IMG/VR virus record: IMGVR_UViG_3300022543_000001
Coordinates: 26,204-90,203 of that record
Source of the DNA: a virus
Lineage: Duplodnaviria; Caudoviricetes
Strand: one strand, 5' to 3'
DNA length: 64,000 nucleotides
A program made the position numbers and the translations under genes. Under the pieces are notes generated by a model. The model saw nothing but the letters and a program-made list of their open reading frames with translations, was not told where the DNA came from and made no database searches. Below, one piece after another: positions 59,014-64,000 of this stretch. Numbering within the stretch: position 1 is the stretch's first letter; every line of letters starts with the position of its first letter.

Positions 59014-60630
59014 TTAGAATGATCCACCAGTGATAGGGTTTCTCATAACAATTTTCAAGACTTTAGTTGGATCTTTAACCCAAATAGCCGGCATTGTTTG
59101 AGACATCATTACACGGTAACCATTGAATTGTCCAGAAGACTGGAATCCTTGTGTTCTACCCATGTAGTCCATTGTACCATTTTGATACCACCATTTCAAT
59201 TGATTATCCCAAGACAATTTCAATAAGTAGATATTGTCATTAGTGTTATCAGTGATATCAAAGATAATGAACGAGTAAGAAGATAATGGGAAACCATCAA
59301 TGATTGGGTTCTCAATATCATTTGTATGTACGTTGTCAAATGCTGGGTTCAATACAAACTTAACATTTGCCAAGAATGGAATCACATAAGAAGTGTATGC
59401 AAATCCAAAGTTCAAGTCCATACCTTTACCAGTGATTGCACCAATATCAGCAGCCTGAATCAATAAACCAGATGCAACAGCTTCTTTTTTAATTGCTTCA
59501 TTTACCATTCTCATTCCACCCATACCAGTTTGTACAACTAAGCTACGTTTTGGATCTGGACCTTGGAACTCAACTTTACCATTGAAGAAGTTGTAGATTT
59601 CTCCACGGAACAAATCAAGAGTAAAGTTATTTTTGTTGTAGATTCTTTTGAAAGAGTTATCCAACTGTCTCCAAAGACCGACAGACAATCTGATATCATC
59701 TGGACCATCTTGACGAACACGTCCACCTTGTCCCCACATCAAGTAAGTTTCAATATCGGTAGCAACTTTTGTCAAGTGTGCAGATTCCATTTGAGTTAAG
59801 AATGTTCTAGATAAGTCACCGTTATCAAATGCACGTTTAACTTTATCTTTACCCATTACTTTAACCATGTCATCCAAAGATGAAATAGATGGATCAATGT
59901 TTTTGTCAAATGTTCTCCAGATCTCAGTTACAGGAACTGTACCATCTGCATTCATTCCACCTTTGATCATCAAGTCAGCACGAGATGAAATAGAATAGTG
60001 AACGTGAGCTTCAGCACCACCAACAAAGTTGTAGAATTCACGGAATCCAGTTCTTGTTGTGATGTCAGAGAATCTCTCACCATACTCACCACGTGCAGAA
60101 CCTTTACGGAATACTTTAGTACCGTTAGCCAAGTACTTGTTGTCAATGTATTTGTAGTTGTCATTGTTCACCAACTGTACAGTATAGATAAATCCATCAC
60201 CTAATGGTAAGATATCTTCGTCTGTAATGTACATCTCAACACCGTTGTATTTGTCATAAGTAATGATATCACCATGTCCAAACTCACGTCTGTTTAATTT
60301 GATACGGAATGTTGTACCATCTACACCTTTGAAATCATTGTTTGGTTCAATGTCTTCAATGATATAAGGAAGATCCACAGTTACTGGAGTCTGCCATCTA
60401 TACTCTCCACGAGCATTATCTACCATGATTACATTTTTACCACCAAATGAAGACATTTGATAAAGTGGCATTTCAACTTTTTGAGCCATAGCCCAAAGGT
60501 CAACTGGACCCAAATCCATGGGTTCAGCATCTTTCAGCATGTTTACCAAGTGGTAAGAATCCACATGGGAACTTGCATTGTAAGCGGTATCTCTGAGGAA
60601 TATACCATTGTTCATTACTGGAGTTGCCAT
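59014..60630 (-). CDS. Major capsid protein (crAss-like, HK97 fold)
   Basis: Follows portal and scaffold genes and has a strong terminator; crAss-like MCP features (RKGSARGE, LMWGQGG, C-terminal IWVKDPTKVLKIVMRNPITGG); codon use suggests high expression (CGT, AAC, TTC). Confidence 0.88.
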   Translation of the reverse strand: MATPVMNNGIFLRDTAYNASSHVDSYHLVNMLKDAEPMDLGPVDLWAMAQKVEMPLYQMSSFGGKNVIMVDNARGEYRWQTPVTVDLPYIIEDIEPNNDFKGVDGTTFRIKLNRREFGHGDIITYDKYNGVEMYITDEDILPLGDGFIYTVQLVNNDNYKYIDNKYLANGTKVFRKGSARGEYGERFSDITTRTGFREFYNFVGGAEAHVHYSISSRADLMIKGGMNADGTVPVTEIWRTFDKNIDPSISSLDDMVKVMGKDKVKRAFDNGDLSRTFLTQMESAHLTKVATDIETYLMWGQGGRVRQDGPDDIRLSVGLWRQLDNSFKRIYNKNNFTLDLFRGEIYNFFNGKVEFQGPDPKRSLVVQTGMGGMRMVNEAIKKEAVASGLLIQAADIGAITGKGMDLNFGFAYTSYVIPFLANVKFVLNPAFDNVHTNDIENPIIDGFPLSSYSFIIFDITDNTNDNIYLLKLSWDNQLKWWYQNGTMDYMGRTQGFQSSGQFNGYRVMMSQTMPAIWVKDPTKVLKIVMRNPITGGSF

Positions 60631-60657
60631 TATTTATTTGTTTTTGTTTGTTACTAA

Positions 60658-61914
60658 TTAAAATCTTCTGAACATACTTCCCTTAGAAAGTTTTCTAGGT
60701 TCAGATTTAGATGCTGGCCTTCTAGGTTCATCATCATATTGTGTGTTGATAGAAGAAGTTATTTTTCTTGATTCTTCTGTCTTCAATTGTCTTACTACTT
60801 TTTCTGTAGCTTGTTTACTTCCTTGATCCCTTACTTTAGTTTTATAACCATTTGGATCTGCAAGTAACCAAAGTGCTTCAGCAATCAGGTCATGTCTTGG
60901 TTCTACAAACTGATACTTCTCTAACAAGTGACCAAGTAAGTTGGTTGGTTTCCCTGATATAGAAGGGTAGTTTGGTTGAACTAGTCCGGAGAATAATAAC
61001 CCTTGAACTTTTTTGTCAAGCTTTAAACCACCAATTGTTCCAGCAGCTAATGTACTATAAACATTTTCTTGATATGCTTTTGCTTGTTCTGCTTGCATAG
61101 CCTTCTTATGTTCTTGTTCAGCTAACTGTCTTGCAATAATTTCTTCTTGCATCATATCCAACTTAGGTTTAAATTGATTAGCTTTTTGTTCTAATCTATT
61201 TAAATCTTTCCAGTCTTGGATTTCAGCTTCAATTTCTTCTGCTGTTCCAAATCCTGTAGTATGAAGATATGCTCTTGCAATTTCTGCTTGATCATACTCA
61301 TCTGTTGGATCAAGTTGTCTCATTTCTTCTACATGTGCTAATGTTCTGAAAAGACCTTTTAAATCTTGTCCACCATCAGCTACATATTTTGCTGCTACTT
61401 GAAGTTCTTCAGGAAGTGCATTAAAGAATTCTCTTGGAGTATTTTCTCTAATTGCATTTTCTCTTTCTTGGAAGTTAGCTTCAAAAAGTTCTCTAAAATC
61501 TTTTGTTGTATATTCTTCTAATGGTTTGTCATCATCAAATCCAATTAAAGAACCTTCCTCAATCATTTTAGCAGCTAATTCAGCAAGACCAGATTTATCA
61601 ACCTTTGGTCTTCCTTTGTTACCTGCTTCTTCTTCTTGAGCTATAAGATTGTCAAGTTCATTGATTGTTTCATCAACCTCAATCTTTTTTTCTGCAGCTT
61701 CTCTTTTCTCTTCTATAGTAGTAGAAGGATTGTCAAAGAACGTAGTGTCTGTTGTTTCTTTATGAAACATTGATTTAGGTTTTTCATTTTCTGCATCTGG
61801 TAGCATTACACTATCAGCTCCAGGCATTCCAAACAACTCATCAATATTTACATCTACTTGATCTACCGTTGTAGAATCAACAACCTCATTGAGGTCTTTT
61901 GTTTCATCTGTCAT
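60658..61914 (-). CDS. Acidic scaffold-like protein (crAss conserved gene upstream of MCP)
   Basis: Acidic N-terminus, coiled coil, basic C-terminal tail; likely start MTDE at 61914 behind an AAAACCAACA element (track start 61941). Confidence 0.6.
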   Translation of the reverse strand: MTDETKDLNEVVDSTTVDQVDVNIDELFGMPGADSVMLPDAENEKPKSMFHKETTDTTFFDNPSTTIEEKREAAEKKIEVDETINELDNLIAQEEEAGNKGRPKVDKSGLAELAAKMIEEGSLIGFDDDKPLEEYTTKDFRELFEANFQERENAIRENTPREFFNALPEELQVAAKYVADGGQDLKGLFRTLAHVEEMRQLDPTDEYDQAEIARAYLHTTGFGTAEEIEAEIQDWKDLNRLEQKANQFKPKLDMMQEEIIARQLAEQEHKKAMQAEQAKAYQENVYSTLAAGTIGGLKLDKKVQGLLFSGLVQPNYPSISGKPTNLLGHLLEKYQFVEPRHDLIAEALWLLADPNGYKTKVRDQGSKQATEKVVRQLKTEESRKITSSINTQYDDEPRRPASKSEPRKLSKGSMFRRF

Positions 61915-61939
61915 TCTTGTTGGTTTTATGTTATACTTC

Positions 61940-61949
61940 AATATACAAA
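61940..61949 (-). promoter_or_regulatory. Recurrent intergenic motif TTTGTATATT
   Basis: Upstream of the scaffold-MCP transcription unit. Confidence 0.5.
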
Positions 61950-62005
61950 ATAAACTTGAAAAATTTATAAGTTCGTGAAAAAAAATTGTAGTATATAGCT
62001 AAATA

Positions 62006-64000
62006 CTATTTTTGTTTTCCAGGTTTTACATCAAATTTATTTTTATTTTCTTGTGCTATTTGCAATTGTTTATCAGCAATCTCTTTTTGAGCTTGAATTT
62101 TCTGTCTCTCTACTTGATTTTTCTGATTCTCAATTGTCATTCTGTTTACTTCTTTTTCTCTTTGTAAACCTGCTTGCTCTTGATATTGTTCTGTATCTCT
62201 AATATCTTTCATAGCATCTTGATAATCTGACATCATATTTTGATCAACATCTGAAGCAGAACCATAACCAGCAGCTCTAATTTCAGCAACAAGGATATCA
62301 CGTTGTCTATCTTTTTCTTTTTCAGCCATTTCAGAATCAATCTTCATTTTCTCAATATCTTGTTGAGATTTGATTTGTTGTTCTTGCATTTGCTGTTGTT
62401 GTTGCATTTCTTGTTGTTTCTGTTGTTCTTGTTTTTGTTCAGATTCTTTTAATGCTGCATTAAGTTGAGCAATTGAATCTGACTGAACAACTTTACCAAG
62501 ATCATAGATAGAAGCACCAGTAGTATTATTCTGAAGAGCCATTTGTTTTAATTGCTCAAGAATAGATCTGTGATTAGCATTAGTACTTACTGCAATATTT
62601 AAATCTCTCAGTAATAAATCAGTACCATTAATCTCAAAGTTAACTTTCTCATCTGCTGTAGTAACATAAGTTAATCTAGCTGATGGTTTTGTTGAGTGAT
62701 AGAATTGTGCTAAGTCAGTTCTCATCTGATGCACTCTTGGCATTAAATAATCACAGTGTTGGATAAAGAACATTTCTGTTTGTGCATATGATGCAGCCAT
62801 TGCTTGTTCTACTCCAGTAGCTGTAGTCTGTGATAACTGTTGACCCATTCTTTGTGGATTAACACCAATTACTTCATATGCTTGTTGTTTAAAGTAGTTA
62901 GCAAGTTGAATTCTTGACATCAATCTATTTGTTTGCTCTAAGTCTAATTTTTGGAAATGTTGAAAGTTAGTAGCATTTTCAGTATTTGTGATTGATGTAT
63001 CCAAAGGAAGAATCTGAAAGTTCTTCATTGCAACATAAGCTTTTGCATAATTACCTTTACCCCAATCTTCTCCTAATGAGTGACGAGGTAATGCATTTTG
63101 ATCAAGCATGATTACAGTACCAAGTTCATCTACTAAGATATCTGCAATCTGATTGTTAACAATGTTGTATCCAATCTGGTATGGTTTCATTAAGTCAAGC
63201 AATGCAGTAGACTTAGTATTTCTATCTGAAAATACAGATCCTTCTACAGGAAGTTTACATCCGTACAAAGAATTGTCTCCTTTAAATTGAAACTTAAGTG
63301 GTCCAATATGATTTCTATTAACACCAATGTAGATTGGAGAAAATCCACCTGGATTATTCATACCCCAGAATGAAGGAATGTTTGGTCCAATCTTAACACC
63401 TCCCCATACTTCATTAATCCAAATCCAATCAATATGTTCTCCAAATAATAAATTATCTTTTGTTTTATTTTTAAAGACTCTTGTATCATAAATAGGTTTG
63501 TCTGTGATTATATAATCTTCAGATACTATGTCATTCGACACCTCCCCTTCTTCAGTAATCTTAACCAAGTGTCCAATTTTCTTTTGAGACTTCCAGTATC
63601 CAGTAGTTACTCTTAATAAATAAGCAGTACCTTGATCATAATAGTCTTCTCCTTCAGCTAAGATTTGTGTAATAACATCAGAACCATCTGTTATATTACC
63701 AGCCATAAATGATGTATACTGTCTGTATGCTAATGAAGGCATATTAACATTCCAGTCATGTGATTTAGTTCCATCATAGAATGAACCATCATTCTGAAGA
63801 CCAGCAATATTATAACCAGCTGATCTAATTGGATATACATTCTCTAATGCTTCATGTTGTTCTTGTGTAAGAACGTGACCAAACTTATCAATAACATCTG
63901 ATACAGTAAACATATCTGTTTTACCTACCCAGTTTGATTGAGAAATATATCTGATATCTGGAGACTTGTGATAGAAGGTAAGTACTGGATTCCATAACTC
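62006..64000 (-). CDS. Portal protein (5'-truncated by window edge)
   Basis: The frame stays open from 64000 (ELWNPVLTFYHKSPD...) into the track ORF; WINEVWGGVKIG and LMKPYQIGYNIVNNQI crAss-like portal motifs; C-terminal Gln-rich coiled-coil barrel. Confidence 0.85.
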   Translation of the reverse strand, partial: ELWNPVLTFYHKSPDIRYISQSNWVGKTDMFTVSDVIDKFGHVLTQEQHEALENVYPIRSAGYNIAGLQNDGSFYDGTKSHDWNVNMPSLAYRQYTSFMAGNITDGSDVITQILAEGEDYYDQGTAYLLRVTTGYWKSQKKIGHLVKITEEGEVSNDIVSEDYIITDKPIYDTRVFKNKTKDNLLFGEHIDWIWINEVWGGVKIGPNIPSFWGMNNPGGFSPIYIGVNRNHIGPLKFQFKGDNSLYGCKLPVEGSVFSDRNTKSTALLDLMKPYQIGYNIVNNQIADILVDELGTVIMLDQNALPRHSLGEDWGKGNYAKAYVAMKNFQILPLDTSITNTENATNFQHFQKLDLEQTNRLMSRIQLANYFKQQAYEVIGVNPQRMGQQLSQTTATGVEQAMAASYAQTEMFFIQHCDYLMPRVHQMRTDLAQFYHSTKPSARLTYVTTADEKVNFEINGTDLLLRDLNIAVSTNANHRSILEQLKQMALQNNTTGASIYDLGKVVQSDSIAQLNAALKESEQKQEQQKQQEMQQQQQMQEQQIKSQQDIEKMKIDSEMAEKEKDRQRDILVAEIRAAGYGSASDVDQNMMSDYQDAMKDIRDTEQYQEQAGLQREKEVNRMTIENQKNQVERQKIQAQKEIADKQLQIAQENKNKFDVKPGKQK

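Noticed and set aside
803-60657. Plus-strand ORFs of 60-144 aa and short alternative-frame minus ORFs in the track
   Set aside because: All lie inside long minus-strand genes and have Ser/Leu/Phe-rich antisense composition; these are shadow ORFs.
1-64000. Stop-codon reassignment (TAG/TGA readthrough) as seen in some Crassvirales
   Set aside because: Giant genes are fully open in code 11, and TAG terminates genes here (e.g. portal at 62006, TAG-TAA at 35615-35620).
1-64000. tRNA, rRNA or integrase/transposase genes
   Set aside because: No intergenic space or recognisable signatures.

Overview
The whole window is the morphogenesis and virion block of a large, AT-rich, Crassvirales-like (crAss-like / phi14:2-like) bacteriophage. 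The host is probably Bacteroidota (inferred from the phage family and the lack of Shine-Dalgarno motifs). All real genes are on the minus strand in the standard code and are tightly packed, often overlapping as TAATG/ATGA or spaced TAA-N-ATG. In transcription order (right to left): portal (truncated), scaffold-like acidic protein, major capsid protein, conserved capsid-region protein, six small Lys-rich proteins (three missed by the ORF track), ring protein, ferritin/Dps-like protein, auxiliary capsid-like protein, tail-hub-like and Cys-rich fibre proteins, IHF/HU-like protein, two ring proteins, muzzle, four large cargo proteins, two ejection-type proteins, a 3315-aa virion RNA polymerase (DFDID) and a >=1320-aa giant ORF running off the left edge. 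The most striking signals are not standard annotations. (1) The four cargo proteins carry matching N-terminal 'K-V/Y-R-I..P.A..G' and C-terminal 'L-T-x-E-E-I..Y...G..V-E' modules distributed like a colinear head-to-tail docking chain, and the three giant proteins show terminal Cys residues at each gene junction. (2) A recurring short xxxGG / (K/Q)AxxG motif punctuates the cargo proteins at apparent domain boundaries, suggesting polyprotein processing or capsid-targeting tags. (3) One cargo protein strings together SET, Zn-finger, ART-like and degenerate zincin modules, in a genome that also encodes histone-tail-like Lys-rich microproteins. All family assignments are from motif recognition only; no searches were run.
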